64,000 nucleotides of DNA, taken from assembly GCA_963804515.1 (NCBI GenBank), contig CAWDQR010000008.1:161098-225097 (forward strand), given 5' to 3'. Both the position numbers and the translations under genes were made by a program. The DNA is from an uncultured Alphaproteobacteria bacterium (GTDB taxonomy: Bacteria > Pseudomonadota > Alphaproteobacteria > Rhizobiales > Methyloligellaceae). A model generated the notes under the pieces. It was not told where the DNA came from and ran no database searches. It worked only from the letters and a program-made list of their open reading frames with translations. Below are positions 30,978 through 45,290 of this stretch, one piece after another. Positions within the stretch are counted from its first letter, which is position 1. Every line of letters begins with the position of its first letter.

Positions 30978-32228
30978 ATGAAGGCGCTGACCGTCACGGC
31001 TTCGATCGTACTCTCAGTGCTCGTGGTCGGCATCGCGTGGCTTTTTTTCTTTCCGGGTCCGGACGCCGGCGAGCCGGTGGTCACACTGGCGGTAACGCCG
31101 CCCCCGACGCCAAGGCTCGCACCAGCGCCGGCTGAGCCCCAGGAGTCCGGTTCCGGGATCGACCTTCCGCCCGGCTTCGGCATCGAAGGTCCCTCGTCTG
31201 CGGGCCCGCAGCTGCCTGACGCGCCTCCAGCGCTGCCGCAGTCCGCTCCGGGACCGGCGGAGGTGCCGCAACAGCAGGCCGCGGTGCCGCCCGCGCCGCA
31301 AGGTCCATTGCCCCAAACCGATTTCCAGCAGACCGCCGCGATGCGGGCGCCGCCTGCTCCGGTTGCGCCCTTGCCCCAGCCGCCTCAGTCTGAGACCGCC
31401 TCGATCACGCTCGTATCCGTGCCGGTGCCTGAGCTGGTGGAGGAGTTGCAATATGGTCCCCTGCCCAAGGTCGCGCCGGACGGCCGGAGACCGCTCGAGG
31501 TCTATGCGCGGCCGTCGCGCTATGCGGCCAAGGCCTCGCAGGGAGAGGCTCCGCGCATTGCCGTGCTGATCACCGGCATGGGGCTTTCGGACAGCGACAC
31601 GGCGGAGGCGATCAAGGGGCTGCCGGCGCCGGTCAGCGTGGCTTACGGGGCCTATGGCCGCAATCTCCAGGATTGGGTGACCAAGGCGCGCGCGGCGGGC
31701 CATGAGGTGCTCCTGCAAATTCCGCTCGAGCCGGTCGGCTATCCGCAAACCGATCCCGGCCCGCATACGCTGCTCACCACGCTGCCGCCGGAAGAGAACA
31801 TGAAGCGGCTGCAATGGCTGATGTCGCGCTTCACGGGCTATGTGGGCGTGACCAATCTCATGGGCGCTAAGTTCGAAGCCACCCAAGACGCGCTTCTGCC
31901 GGTGCTCGAAGAGCTGAAGGCGCGCGGGCTGCTCTTTGTCGACGACGGCAGCGTGCAGCAGTCCACCGCTGGGCAGATCGCAAGCACGCTCGGCCTCGAC
32001 TACGCGGTGGCCAACATCCAGATCGATGCCGTGCAATCGCCGGGTGACATCGCCAAGGCGCTTACCCGCCTCGAAGCCCTGGCCAAGGAGCGGGGTGCGG
32101 CGATCGGCGTTGCGAGCGCCAAGCCGGCAACCGTCAAACAGCTAGCCACATGGGCCGGGCAGCTCGAGCGCCGGGGCATCGTGCTCGTTCCCGTCAGCGC
32201 CGCCGTGCGCTCGCAGCGTCAAAGCTGA
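30978..32228 (+). CDS. divergent polysaccharide deacetylase (YibQ-like)
   Basis: N-terminal TM, Pro-rich linker; GHEVLLQIPLEP, GVTNLMGAKF, LFVDDGS. Confidence 0.85.
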   Translation: MKALTVTASIVLSVLVVGIAWLFFFPGPDAGEPVVTLAVTPPPTPRLAPAPAEPQESGSGIDLPPGFGIEGPSSAGPQLPDAPPALPQSAPGPAEVPQQQAAVPPAPQGPLPQTDFQQTAAMRAPPAPVAPLPQPPQSETASITLVSVPVPELVEELQYGPLPKVAPDGRRPLEVYARPSRYAAKASQGEAPRIAVLITGMGLSDSDTAEAIKGLPAPVSVAYGAYGRNLQDWVTKARAAGHEVLLQIPLEPVGYPQTDPGPHTLLTTLPPEENMKRLQWLMSRFTGYVGVTNLMGAKFEATQDALLPVLEELKARGLLFVDDGSVQQSTAGQIASTLGLDYAVANIQIDAVQSPGDIAKALTRLEALAKERGAAIGVASAKPATVKQLATWAGQLERRGIVLVPVSAAVRSQRQS

Positions 32229-32238
32229 CCTTCCGCCA

Positions 32239-32745
32239 ATGACCAACGTGGCCGAGCTGCCCTACCGGCCTTGCGTCGGCGTGATGCTGATCAATGCCCA
32301 TGGTCAGGTCTTTGTCGGCAGGCGTGCCGATCGCGCCGGCGCGCCAGAAGGCCTCGGCCAGTGGTGGCAGATGCCGCAAGGCGGCATGGACGAGGGCGAG
32401 GACCCCGAAGCCGCGGCGCGCCGCGAGCTCGAAGAAGAGACGGGGGTGACGCGGGCGCGGTTCATCGGCAGGTCGCGGCAATGGTACAGCTACGATCTTC
32501 CGCCTAACCTCCTCGGCAGCGCCTGGCAGGGGCGCTATCGCGGCCAGACGCAGCTTTGGTTCGCCGCCCGCTTCGAAGGCGAGGACAGCGAGATCGACCT
32601 CAACCCCAAACCGGGCCACGAGCGGGAGTTCGACGCTTGGCGGTGGGTTCCGATCGCGCTTCTCCCCGGCCTCGTGGTGCCCTTCAAGCGGCCCGTTTAT
32701 GAAGGCGTCATTCAGGAATTCGAGCCGCTCGTGCTCGGGACCTGA
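32239..32745 (+). CDS. rppH: RNA pyrophosphohydrolase
   Basis: YRPCVG, WQMPQGG...A.RELEEETG Nudix box, VVPFKRPVY. Confidence 0.95.
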   Translation: MTNVAELPYRPCVGVMLINAHGQVFVGRRADRAGAPEGLGQWWQMPQGGMDEGEDPEAAARRELEEETGVTRARFIGRSRQWYSYDLPPNLLGSAWQGRYRGQTQLWFAARFEGEDSEIDLNPKPGHEREFDAWRWVPIALLPGLVVPFKRPVYEGVIQEFEPLVLGT

Positions 32746-32752
32746 ACACGCT

Positions 32753-35098
32753 TCAAGCCTTCGCATGCTTCCGGGAAGGTAGTTTCCGCCAGTTCCGCGT
32801 GAAGCGCCGAAACAGCAGCACGCTTGCCGGTAGGAGCAGGAGATCGCCGACCAGCGCTGCCATCAACGTCAGTCCCGCAAGCTTGCCGAAGAGCCGGAGC
32901 GACGGCAGGTCGGACAGGATGGTGACGCCAAGGCCAAAAGCGAGGATCAATGAGGTGAGCACCAGGGCCGGACCGATCAGGACCGTCGCCCGCTCGACCC
33001 CGATCGCGGGATTCTCGCCCGGCCGGTCCTCCAGCCGCAGGCGGTTGAGATAGTGCACTGTGGCGTTGAGCGACAGCCCGAATGAGACGATCAGCGCCAC
33101 GATGCTCGCAAATTGCAGGCCCTCGCCGGAGGCCGCGAGAACGGCACCCGCGGTGAATACCGGAAACAGATTGGGCAGGACGCTGACGAAGCTGACCATC
33201 ACGGAGCGGAAGGCGAGCCCGAGAAACACGCAGATGAAAGCGATCTCGGTGGTGAGCCCGGCATTGAGCTTGCCGATCATGGTCGCACTGTTCCGCGCGG
33301 CGATGGCCGAGAGGCCCGTGACCACGATGCGGTAACCGGGGTTGGCCTTGCGCACGGCGTCGAGCTCGCCATCGAGCTTCTCTATCACCGGCAGCAAGTC
33401 GCTCACATCGACGTCGGGTATGCGCCCGGTGACGACTGCGGAGTTGTCCTTCTCGTCGATGAAGCGCTTGGTCAAATAGTCGGGCAGGATGTCGATATAG
33501 TCCTTGAGCCTTTCGGGCGTGTCCTCGCCGGTCTTGGTGAGCCAGCGGCGCAAGGTCTCGACCGACCAGACATTGCCAACGCCGGACTGCGTTTCCACGA
33601 GGGTATGGATGTCGCCGATCACCTTCAGCACGTCGGGGTCGTAGAGGGTCTTGCCTTGCGGCCAGTCGACCATCACGTGCAGCGGATTCGCGCCGGTCAG
33701 CTTCTCGTCGAGCTGCGCGCTCGCGGCGACCGCCTGCTCGCGGTCGGGAACCTGATCGGCGAGGCGGTAGCGCGGCGGCAGCGTCGTATAGACGGCGCCG
33801 AAGGCGATCACCAATAGGAGCCCGAGACCAACCACCGTTTTCGGATGACGCACGCCAATCTCGGCGACCCAGCCGCAGAAGCGCTTGAGCGCGTTCATGG
33901 CCCAGTCGTGGCTCTTCAGATTGGCCACGAAAGGCTTGGTGTTGCGGCCGATCAGGGCCCGGGTCAGCAGCGGAACGAGCGTGATGCCGACGACGAAGGC
34001 GATCATGGTCGAGAGCGCGCCGGCAAAGCCGAAGGTGCGGATCAGCGCCGAGTTAGAGAAGAACAGGGCGATGAAGGATGCGGCGGCGGTGGCGGTGGCG
34101 AGCACGCAGGCCGGGCCCACCACGAGCACGGCATAGCGGGCGGCTTTGATGCGTCGATCGCCTTCCAAGAGCCGATTGCGCATGGCGACGGTCAGCTGCA
34201 TGGAATCGGAGAAGCCGAGCACCATGATCAGCGGGATCATCACGTTCAGAAACAGATTGAGCTTGAAGCCGAGCCAGCCGAAAAGGCCGAGCGACCAGAT
34301 GATGGCGACGACCGGAGGGAGCGCGGCGATGGCCATCAGCGACAGGCGCCGGAAGAAGGCGTAGGCGATGATGGCGCCGAACAGGAAGCCGAGCGCGTTG
34401 TACAGATTGCGGTCGCGCTCCACGGCGTTCCTGATCTCGAGCTGCATCACCGGCGCGCCGGAGAGCTTCATGCTGAGACCGGTATCCTTCAGCTGTTCTT
34501 TTGCCGTTTCATCAATTTGCTGCACCACGGAGTTCAGGCCATTGGAGGCGACCACCTCGCGGTCGAGCGCGAGCAATACGAGGGTCAGGGTGCCGTCGTC
34601 GGAGAGGAGCTTGCCCTTGATGATTTCGTTGTTGCGGACCTGGTCGATGAGATGATCATAGGCGGCACCGGTGGGCAGCTTGGCTGGGAAGACCGGACCT
34701 GGGACCTTGCCGGGCTCCGGCGCCTCGCGGGCGGAGAAGAGCGAGACCTCTCCCGCCATGCCGTCGACGAATTGCAGCTCGGTGACGAGGTTGCGAAGCG
34801 CCTCGATGGATTTGCGCGCAAGCAGGTCCTTGCCGGTGACGACGATGAGCACGTCATATTCGCTCGAGGGGAAGCGCTTCGAGATCAGCTCGTAGTCATG
34901 GAATTCGGGGGTGTCGGTGCGAAACAGCTCGGACAGCGAATCGTCGACGCGCAGCTTGCTGATGCCGAACAACGCGGCAATGGTGACGGCGATGATGATG
35001 GCAGCGATGACGGCGGGGTAGCGGAGCGCGGTGAGCCCGAGGCGCTCGAGCCCGAAGCTTAAAGATCGCACCCGTCTCGGTTCCGCTTTTTGCTGCAT
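32753..35098 (-). CDS. MMPL/RND-family transporter
   Basis: Two repeats of TM + periplasmic loop + 5 TM; SGAPV, DLLLLPA. Confidence 0.85.
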   Translation of the reverse strand: MQQKAEPRRVRSLSFGLERLGLTALRYPAVIAAIIIAVTIAALFGISKLRVDDSLSELFRTDTPEFHDYELISKRFPSSEYDVLIVVTGKDLLARKSIEALRNLVTELQFVDGMAGEVSLFSAREAPEPGKVPGPVFPAKLPTGAAYDHLIDQVRNNEIIKGKLLSDDGTLTLVLLALDREVVASNGLNSVVQQIDETAKEQLKDTGLSMKLSGAPVMQLEIRNAVERDRNLYNALGFLFGAIIAYAFFRRLSLMAIAALPPVVAIIWSLGLFGWLGFKLNLFLNVMIPLIMVLGFSDSMQLTVAMRNRLLEGDRRIKAARYAVLVVGPACVLATATAAASFIALFFSNSALIRTFGFAGALSTMIAFVVGITLVPLLTRALIGRNTKPFVANLKSHDWAMNALKRFCGWVAEIGVRHPKTVVGLGLLLVIAFGAVYTTLPPRYRLADQVPDREQAVAASAQLDEKLTGANPLHVMVDWPQGKTLYDPDVLKVIGDIHTLVETQSGVGNVWSVETLRRWLTKTGEDTPERLKDYIDILPDYLTKRFIDEKDNSAVVTGRIPDVDVSDLLPVIEKLDGELDAVRKANPGYRIVVTGLSAIAARNSATMIGKLNAGLTTEIAFICVFLGLAFRSVMVSFVSVLPNLFPVFTAGAVLAASGEGLQFASIVALIVSFGLSLNATVHYLNRLRLEDRPGENPAIGVERATVLIGPALVLTSLILAFGLGVTILSDLPSLRLFGKLAGLTLMAALVGDLLLLPASVLLFRRFTRNWRKLPSRKHAKA

Positions 35099-35231
35099 TC
35101 CCCTGTCCGGCAGGCCTAAAGCCCCTCCTCGAGAAGCCACGCGCTCCTAGTCCGCGAGTGGGGTTATAGCAAGGACCGGGGCGCCTGCCCTAATGGCTTC
35201 TGACCGAGGCCTTTTGCAGGCGGGGCGAGGG

Positions 35232-35636
35232 CTAAAGATTGAGGGCGAGCTGTACCTGGCGGAGGTGATCGAGCTTGGTCTTGGCGCGATCGCGGGCCTC
35301 GTCTTGCGTGGCGTCGGCGACGTCCTCCTCGGCGTCCTTGATCACCTGGTCGAGCACGTCCGCCTGGAGCTCGACGAGATCGATGGCGGTCTCGGCGAGC
35401 ACAATGAGGCCCGAGGGTCCAACCTCGGCGAAGCCGCCGCGCACGAAATAGCGCCGGCGCTCGGCGCCCCCGAAGCCGATTTCGAGCAATCCCGGCCGCA
35501 AGGCCGTGAGCAGCGGCGCGTGACGGAGGAGCATGGTGAAGTCGCCTTCCGATCCCGGCACCAGCACGTGCTCGACCTCGGCCAAGACGAGCGACCGCTC
35601 CGGCGAGACCAGCTCGAATTTGAAGGTATCAGGCAT
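35232..35636 (-). CDS. atpC: ATP synthase epsilon subunit
   Basis: FKFELVSPER, PGSEGDF..L..HAP, VRGGFAEV. Confidence 0.97.
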   Translation of the reverse strand: MPDTFKFELVSPERSLVLAEVEHVLVPGSEGDFTMLLRHAPLLTALRPGLLEIGFGGAERRRYFVRGGFAEVGPSGLIVLAETAIDLVELQADVLDQVIKDAEEDVADATQDEARDRAKTKLDHLRQVQLALNL

Positions 35637-35638
35637 GC

Positions 35639-37165
<1,527 letters not shown>

Positions 37166-38053
37166 CTATACCGCCTCGGCGCCGGAGATGATCTCGATCA
37201 GCTCCTTGGTGATCATGGCTTGGCGCGAGCGGTTATATTTCAGGGTCAGGCGATCGATCATGTCGCCGGCGTTGCGGGTGGCGTTGTCCATGGCGCTCAT
37301 GCGTGCGCCTTGCTCGGAGGCGGCGTTCTCGAGCAGCGCCCGGAGAATCTGGGTGGCGATGTTGAGGGGCAGCAGCTCGGTCAGGATCTCTGCCTCGTCG
37401 GGCTCATAGTCATAGACCGCGCCGCCAAGTGCCGCTTCCGCCTTGGGTGCCTCGGCAGGGATCAAAGCGGGGATGAGCTGCAACGCCGTGGGGATCTGGC
37501 TGATCACCGAGCGGAAGCGCGAGAAATAAAGCGTCGCCACGTCGAAGGCGCCGGCGGCGAAGAGGCCCAAGACCTTCTCCGCGATCTTCTCGGCGTGGCC
37601 GAAGCCGAGCTGGCGCACGCCCCTGAGCTCGACGACCTCGATGATCTTGGAGGCGAATTGGCGCTTGAGCTGGTCGAAGCCCTTCTTGCCGACGCAGAGG
37701 AACTTGACCTCCTTGCCCTCGCGCATCAGCCGGAAGGCGTGATCGCGGGCGAGCCGCACGATGGAGGAGTTGAAGGCGCCACAAAGCCCGCGCTCGGCGG
37801 TGCAGACCACGAGCAGATGCGTCGCATCCTTGCCGGTGCCGACCATGAGCACCGGGCCGCCCTCGCGGCCGGCAAGCGCGGTGGTGAGATTGGCGAGCAC
37901 CGCCTCCATGCGCGTGGCATAGGGGCGAGCGGCCTCTGCGGCGCTCTGGGCGCGGCGGAGCTTCGCCGCGGCCACCATCTGCATGGCCTTGGTGATCTTC
38001 TGCGTCGCCTTCACACTGGCGATGCGGTTGCGTAGGTCTTTCAGCGACGGCAT
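37166..38053 (-). CDS. atpG: ATP synthase gamma subunit
   Basis: [40 protein letters not shown]. Confidence 0.99.
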   Translation of the reverse strand: MPSLKDLRNRIASVKATQKITKAMQMVAAAKLRRAQSAAEAARPYATRMEAVLANLTTALAGREGGPVLMVGTGKDATHLLVVCTAERGLCGAFNSSIVRLARDHAFRLMREGKEVKFLCVGKKGFDQLKRQFASKIIEVVELRGVRQLGFGHAEKIAEKVLGLFAAGAFDVATLYFSRFRSVISQIPTALQLIPALIPAEAPKAEAALGGAVYDYEPDEAEILTELLPLNIATQILRALLENAASEQGARMSAMDNATRNAGDMIDRLTLKYNRSRQAMITKELIEIISGAEAV

Positions 38054-38064
38054 GGCTTACGGCC

Positions 38065-40154
<2,090 letters not shown>

Positions 40155-40456
40155 CTAATAACGCCTTTCATCCCGAACGGGGGCTTCTTGCCAGCGGCCT
40201 CGTCCTTGGGAACCGCAAATTCTTGGATTGGAGCTTTCGCGTCAACAGCTCGTGAAAAGCGCCGTCAACGGCCCCCGGAAGCCCGCGCGAGCCTGTAACA
40301 TATGGGGGAGGGAGGTGCAACCGAGCCGAGGCCGGCAATCGCCATGGCGACCGGGCTGCTCGCCGCGCACGGCGCTCGGGCTGAAGCGCCTTCAATCCGT
40401 GGCGTCGCGGCGCGAGCCTAGCAACGGAGCGCGCCTCACGGCGGTCGCTTTGGCTT

Positions 40457-40519
40457 GGATAAAAGATATATCTTGCGATAGCACCTCCTTTGGCATATCT
40501 TTAGATATATCATTTATCC
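40457..40519. promoter_or_regulatory. inverted-repeat operator upstream of PadR gene
   Basis: GGATAAAAGATATATCT (40457-40473) and AGATATATCATTTATCC (40503-40519): 17-bp inverted repeat, 1 mismatch, each arm containing palindrome GATATATC. Confidence 0.75.
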
Positions 40520-40536
40520 AAGCAAGGAGAACAACA

Positions 40537-41166
40537 ATGCATGGACTAGGACATCACGGCGGCCATTGCGGGGGCCTACGGGCCGCCAGGCGCTTCGGCC
40601 GCCATCAGGGCGAAGGCCCCGGCTGGGGGCGAGGCGATCGAGGTGGAAGCGGCGACTGGTTCCGCGTTGGCCGCATGCTTGCCCAGGGAGATCTCAAACT
40701 GCTCGCGCTCGCGCTGATCGCCGAGCAACCGCGTCACGGCTATGAACTGATCAAGCTCATCGAGGAGAAGACGAGCGGCTGCTACAGCCCAAGCCCTGGC
40801 ATCATCTATCCCACGCTGACCTTTCTCGAAGAGGCCGGATATGTGACGGCCGAGAGCGAAGGCGCCAAGAAGCGCTACACCATCACCGAGGAGGGGCGTG
40901 CCCACCTCGAAGAGAACCGCGACATCGCCGACATGGTTCTCGGGCGGCTGACGATGATCGGCGAGAAGTTGGCGCGCCGGCGCCGCGCCTGGGAACGCAG
41001 AGATAGAGATGCTGACGAGCGGCAGAGCGTGCCGCAATTGGTCGACGCAGCGCTCGATAATCTCCGCAGCGTCACGGCAAAGCGGTTGGACGCCGACGAT
41101 GGCGAGGCCGAGACCCGGATCGTGGAGATCCTGGCCCGCGCCGCCCAGGACATCCGCAATGCGTAG
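40537..41166 (+). CDS. PadR-family regulator, YqjI-like with His/Gly-rich N-terminus
   Basis: RBS AAGGAG; MHGLGHHGGHC; PRHGYELIKLIEE...YSPSPGIIYPTL. Confidence 0.9.
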   Translation: MHGLGHHGGHCGGLRAARRFGRHQGEGPGWGRGDRGGSGDWFRVGRMLAQGDLKLLALALIAEQPRHGYELIKLIEEKTSGCYSPSPGIIYPTLTFLEEAGYVTAESEGAKKRYTITEEGRAHLEENRDIADMVLGRLTMIGEKLARRRRAWERRDRDADERQSVPQLVDAALDNLRSVTAKRLDADDGEAETRIVEILARAAQDIRNA

Positions 41167-41190
41167 GGGCCATTCCCGCGTGGGCCGTCG

Positions 41191-43389
41191 TCACAAGAAG
41201 CTGTAAGGGTCGATGTCGACGCTGAGGCGGACATCGCCCTTGGGCTTAGCGGCTTGCTCAAGCCACAGGCGTAAGTAAGCCTGGAGGTCGGCCTCGCGGG
41301 CGGCTTTCACCAAAAGACGAAAGCGGAAGCGGCCGCGGATCACGGTAAGCGGCGCTTCCGCCGGTCCCAGCACCTCGACCTTCGCCGCTTGCGGGGCGGC
41401 GCGCCTCACATCCCGCGCATAGGCTTCCGCCACCTCGCGTCCGCTTGCGGTCACCAGAAGCGCGGCCAGCCGCCCGAAGGGCGGGAGCATCGCGCTTTTC
41501 CGCGCCGCGATCTCGCGCTCGAGGAAGGTGTCGCGGTCGCCGGAGACGAGCGCCTGGATCACCGGGTGCTCGGGCATATAGGTCTGGATTAGGCCGCGTC
41601 CTTCGATGGCCTCGCGGCCGGCGCGGCCGGTGACCTGGCTGAGCAGCTGGAAAGTGCGCTCGGCCGCGCGCGGGTCGGCATGGGCGAGCCCCAAATCCGC
41701 ATCGACGACACCAACCAGCGCGAGCCCCGGGAAGTGATGGCCCTTGGCCACGAGCTGTGTGCCGATGATGATGTCCACCTCGCGCTCCTCGATCTCGCGC
41801 AAGGTCTCGTGCAAATCGCTCACGCTTGGGGTCAAATCGCTCGACAACAGCACCCGGCGCGCGTCGGGAAACCGCTCGGCGATCTCCTCGGCGATGCGCT
41901 CGATGCCGGGGCCGCAAGGAACGAGCGAATGCTCGGCCCCGCAATTCGGGCAGGTCTCGGGGATCGGCACGAACTTCCCGCAATGATGACATTCGAGGCG
42001 GCGGCGGAATTGGTGCTCGACGAGCCAGGCCGAGCAGTTCGGGCATTCGAAGCGGAAGCCGCAATTCCGGCAGAGGGTCACGGGCGCATAGCCGCGGCGG
42101 TTCAGGAACAGCAAAGCCTGCTCGCCGCGCTTTAAGGTCTCGGCAACCGCCTCGACCAGGACCGGCGAGAGCCAGCGGCCGCGCCCGGGCGGGCTTGCCC
42201 GCATATCGATGGCGGCGATGCCGGGAAGGCCCGCGGCCTGGTAGCGCTGCGCGAGGCGTATGTGGCGGTAGCGGGTTTGGGCGGCATTCACGAGGCTCTC
42301 GATGGAGGGCGTGGCTGAGCTCAGGACCACGGGGATGCCGCTCAGCGACCCGCGCAGCACCGCCATGTCGCGCGCCTGATAGGTGACGCGCTCCTCCTGC
42401 TTGTAGCCTGCGTCATGCTCCTCATCGACGACGATGAGGCCGAGATCGGGGAAGGGGAGGAAGAGGGCAGAGCGCGCGCCGACCACGAGTTTCGCTTCGT
42501 TCTGCGCAATTGCCCGCCACACCCGGCCGCGCATCGGCGGGCTCAAGCCAGAATGCCATTCCGCGGGCTTGGCGCCAAACCGCTGCTCGCAGCGGGCAAT
42601 GAACTGGCTGGTCAGCGCGATCTCGGGCATGAGCACGAGCGCCTGCTTTCCGCGTCCCACCGCCGCGGCGATCGCCTCGAAATAAACCTCGGTCTTGCCG
42701 GAGCCGGTGACGCCGTCAAGCAGCGTCACGGTGAAGCCGTCGCTCATGTCGGCGAGGAGCTTGGCGGCGGCTTCGGCCTGCTCGGGGCTGAGCCGCGCCC
42801 GCGCCGTGGAAAGATCGAGCGGCGGGGGTGCCCAGTCGGGAAGCTGCTCCGTCAGAAGCGTGCCCGCATCGACCAGGCCGTCGATTACGCCCGGGCTCAC
42901 GCCGGCGGTCTCAGCCAGTGCGGACTTGACCCAAATGAGGCCGTTCGCCGCCACCTCCAGCACGCGGGCGCGGGCGGGCGTCATGCGCTGCGGCGCGGCT
43001 CCGTCAAGTTGCACCCCATAGCGCGGCGCTGGCGGCGCAAAGGCGTGGCCGGCGCTCATCATCATGCGCAGCACCATGCCCGGAGAGGCGAGCGTGTAAT
43101 TGGCGACCCAGGCCGCGAAGTCGAGCGACACGCGCGGCAGCTTAGGCACATCGTCGAGGACCTCGATGATCTCCCGGAGCTTCTTGGGGTTCACCGGCGG
43201 CGCCTCCGGCGCTTCGCCGCGCGGCCAGACCACGCCGAGTCGTTCGACCGGCCCGAGCGGCACCACCACGAATTGTCCCGCCACGACCTCCATTCCTTCC
43301 GGCACGAGATAGTCGTAAGGTGCCGGGAGCGCGAGCGGCAGCAGGACTGGGACGGTCACCGGCAGGGTCGCCGGCTTCAATTTGGCCAC
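41191..43389 (-). CDS. priA: primosomal protein N'
   Basis: GVTGSGKTEVY, DEEHD..YKQ, two CxxC pairs, GTQLVAKGHHFP; start approximate. Confidence 0.97.
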   Translation of the reverse strand: MAKLKPATLPVTVPVLLPLALPAPYDYLVPEGMEVVAGQFVVVPLGPVERLGVVWPRGEAPEAPPVNPKKLREIIEVLDDVPKLPRVSLDFAAWVANYTLASPGMVLRMMMSAGHAFAPPAPRYGVQLDGAAPQRMTPARARVLEVAANGLIWVKSALAETAGVSPGVIDGLVDAGTLLTEQLPDWAPPPLDLSTARARLSPEQAEAAAKLLADMSDGFTVTLLDGVTGSGKTEVYFEAIAAAVGRGKQALVLMPEIALTSQFIARCEQRFGAKPAEWHSGLSPPMRGRVWRAIAQNEAKLVVGARSALFLPFPDLGLIVVDEEHDAGYKQEERVTYQARDMAVLRGSLSGIPVVLSSATPSIESLVNAAQTRYRHIRLAQRYQAAGLPGIAAIDMRASPPGRGRWLSPVLVEAVAETLKRGEQALLFLNRRGYAPVTLCRNCGFRFECPNCSAWLVEHQFRRRLECHHCGKFVPIPETCPNCGAEHSLVPCGPGIERIAEEIAERFPDARRVLLSSDLTPSVSDLHETLREIEEREVDIIIGTQLVAKGHHFPGLALVGVVDADLGLAHADPRAAERTFQLLSQVTGRAGREAIEGRGLIQTYMPEHPVIQALVSGDRDTFLEREIAARKSAMLPPFGRLAALLVTASGREVAEAYARDVRRAAPQAAKVEVLGPAEAPLTVIRGRFRFRLLVKAAREADLQAYLRLWLEQAAKPKGDVRLSVDIDPYSFL

Positions 43390-43476
43390 GGGGCAAGCTC
43401 GCCGGTTAAGGGACGGGGAAGACTCAAGGCCCCATAGTAACCGCTCGTCGCGCGTCAATCACAATTCGAAGACGGG

Positions 43477-44442
43477 GTGGGTTGCGTGGCTGCAACGCCA
43501 AAAGCTCAGACTCTCGTCGCCGCGCCTGACCTTCAGCGCGCGGTCGAGGCTTGGCTTGCCTATCTCTCGGTCGAGCGCCAGCTCTCGGGCAACACCTCGG
43601 AGGCTTACGCCCGCGACATCGGCCAGTTTCTGAGCTTCCTCGCGAGCCATCTGAACCGCTTGCCGACGGTCGCTCAGCTCATCGCGCTGTCGGCCCGCGA
43701 CATCCGCGCCTTCCTCGCCTCGCGCCGGGCGCAAGGGGTCGGCAGCCGCAGCCTCTCGCGCACGCTTTCGGCGCTTCGCATGTTCTACCGATTCTTGGAG
43801 CGGCGCGGGCTCGGCAAGAACGATGCGGTGCGCGCCGTGGCGCTGCCGAAGCTGCCGCATTCGGTGCCGAAGCCGCTCACGGCGATCAAGGCCACGGCGC
43901 TGGTCGGCGGCGCCGGTATCGCGTCTCCCGACGCGCCGGAATGGATCGTGGCGCGCGACACCGCCGTGCTCGCTCTGCTTTATGGCTCCGGCTTGCGCAT
44001 CTCCGAGGCGCTCACGCTCTCCCGGAAAGACGCTCCCATTCGCGGCCGCGACATGCTGAGGGTCACGGGCAAGGGCGACAAGACGCGCGTGGTGCCAGTG
44101 CTGCCCATCGTACGCGAAGCGGTCGAGCGCTATTTGGCGCTCTGCCCCATGCCGCTCGGCTCCGACGATCCGCTCTTCGTGGGGGCGAGGGGGGGACAGC
44201 TTAGTCCGCGCATCATCCAGCTCCTGATCGCGCGGGCGCGCGGGGCCCTTGGCTTGCCGGAGACCGCGACGCCGCATGCGCTCCGTCATTCCTTCGCCAC
44301 GCATCTGCTCGGCGCCGGCGCGGATTTACGCGCGATCCAGGAGCTGCTCGGGCATGCGAGCCTCTCCACGACGCAAGGCTATACCGAGGTCGACCGCGCG
44401 CATCTGTTGAAGACCTACGCCCGCGCCCACCCCCGCGCCTGA
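43477..44442 (+). CDS. xerC: tyrosine recombinase XerC
   Basis: LYGSGLRISE, GKGDKTR, HALRHSFATHLL, QELLGH..LSTTQ.Y; divergent from priA. Confidence 0.9.
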   Translation: MGCVAATPKAQTLVAAPDLQRAVEAWLAYLSVERQLSGNTSEAYARDIGQFLSFLASHLNRLPTVAQLIALSARDIRAFLASRRAQGVGSRSLSRTLSALRMFYRFLERRGLGKNDAVRAVALPKLPHSVPKPLTAIKATALVGGAGIASPDAPEWIVARDTAVLALLYGSGLRISEALTLSRKDAPIRGRDMLRVTGKGDKTRVVPVLPIVREAVERYLALCPMPLGSDDPLFVGARGGQLSPRIIQLLIARARGALGLPETATPHALRHSFATHLLGAGADLRAIQELLGHASLSTTQGYTEVDRAHLLKTYARAHPRA

Positions 44443-44672
44443 CAAACCAGGCGAGTTTGCTCCCCCCTTACGGGGAGCACGCGCGCCCATCTTGCACAGG
44501 CCTATCGCTTCGTTGCTTGAGGCCAGAGGGCGCGCGGAGGGGGGCAAAACCTGGCAAGGGGCTGCTTCGACCCTGGCCCTCCCCCGCTAGGGGGGGACGG
44601 CCCGCAAGGAGCATACGCCATTTCACCCAAAGTGGTACTGACCAGTCAGTGATTATATGGGGGACGCCGAGT

Positions 44673-45160
44673 TCACCCCGCCGGTGATCTTCTCGCGCGA
44701 GCAGCGGCAGAAGCTCGTCTATCTGGTCGAGGCGCGGCCGGCGGGCGCCACCGCCAGCTCCAATACAAAGTCAGCCCGAGCAGCAGCAGATTGACCCAGT
44801 AGATGAGCATGGCGGTGCGATAGCTGATGAACTCCGCAAGCAGCGTGGTCGAGAAGGGCATGGTCGCCACGCCTGCGAGAAACGCGATGTGGATCCAGGC
44901 GAGGTCGCGGTCGGCGCGGGCGAGATAATTGAGCTGGGTCTGCTGGCCGACCCAGAAAATACCCAGCGTCAGGAAGCTCATCAGATACATGACGATGCGT
45001 GGCGAAAGCGCCATCAGCGCCCGCCCAAGGTCGGCCTCGCTGTGAACCGCGGTTTCCGGGGGCACGCGGATGTCGAGCACGATTAGCGTCATGGCGATGG
45101 CGAACAGCCCGTCGCTCAAGGCGGCGATGCGTTCCAGGTTCCGGCAATGCGGTTGTACAT
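44673..45160 (-). pseudogene. TMEM175-family K+ channel, frameshifted near start and C-terminally truncated
   Basis: LERIAALSDGLFAIAMTLIVL, YLMSFLTLGIFW..QQ, PFSTTLL; hydrophobic pattern breaks after YWSW. Confidence 0.7.
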
Positions 45161-45290
45161 GAAGGTCGCTCGCTTCGTGGCGGTCGACCCCGCCCGCCCC
45201 AATCCTGAAGCAGCTTTCGGGGCGCCACAACGAGCCTAATGAGCGCGACTTGATAGGCAACCAAATGGTTGCATATATTAGGGGTCTTCG

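Noticed and set aside
43477-44442. xerC as the integrase of a mobile element
   Set aside because: Host-like codon usage, divergent from priA, no att sites or cargo; a housekeeping XerC.
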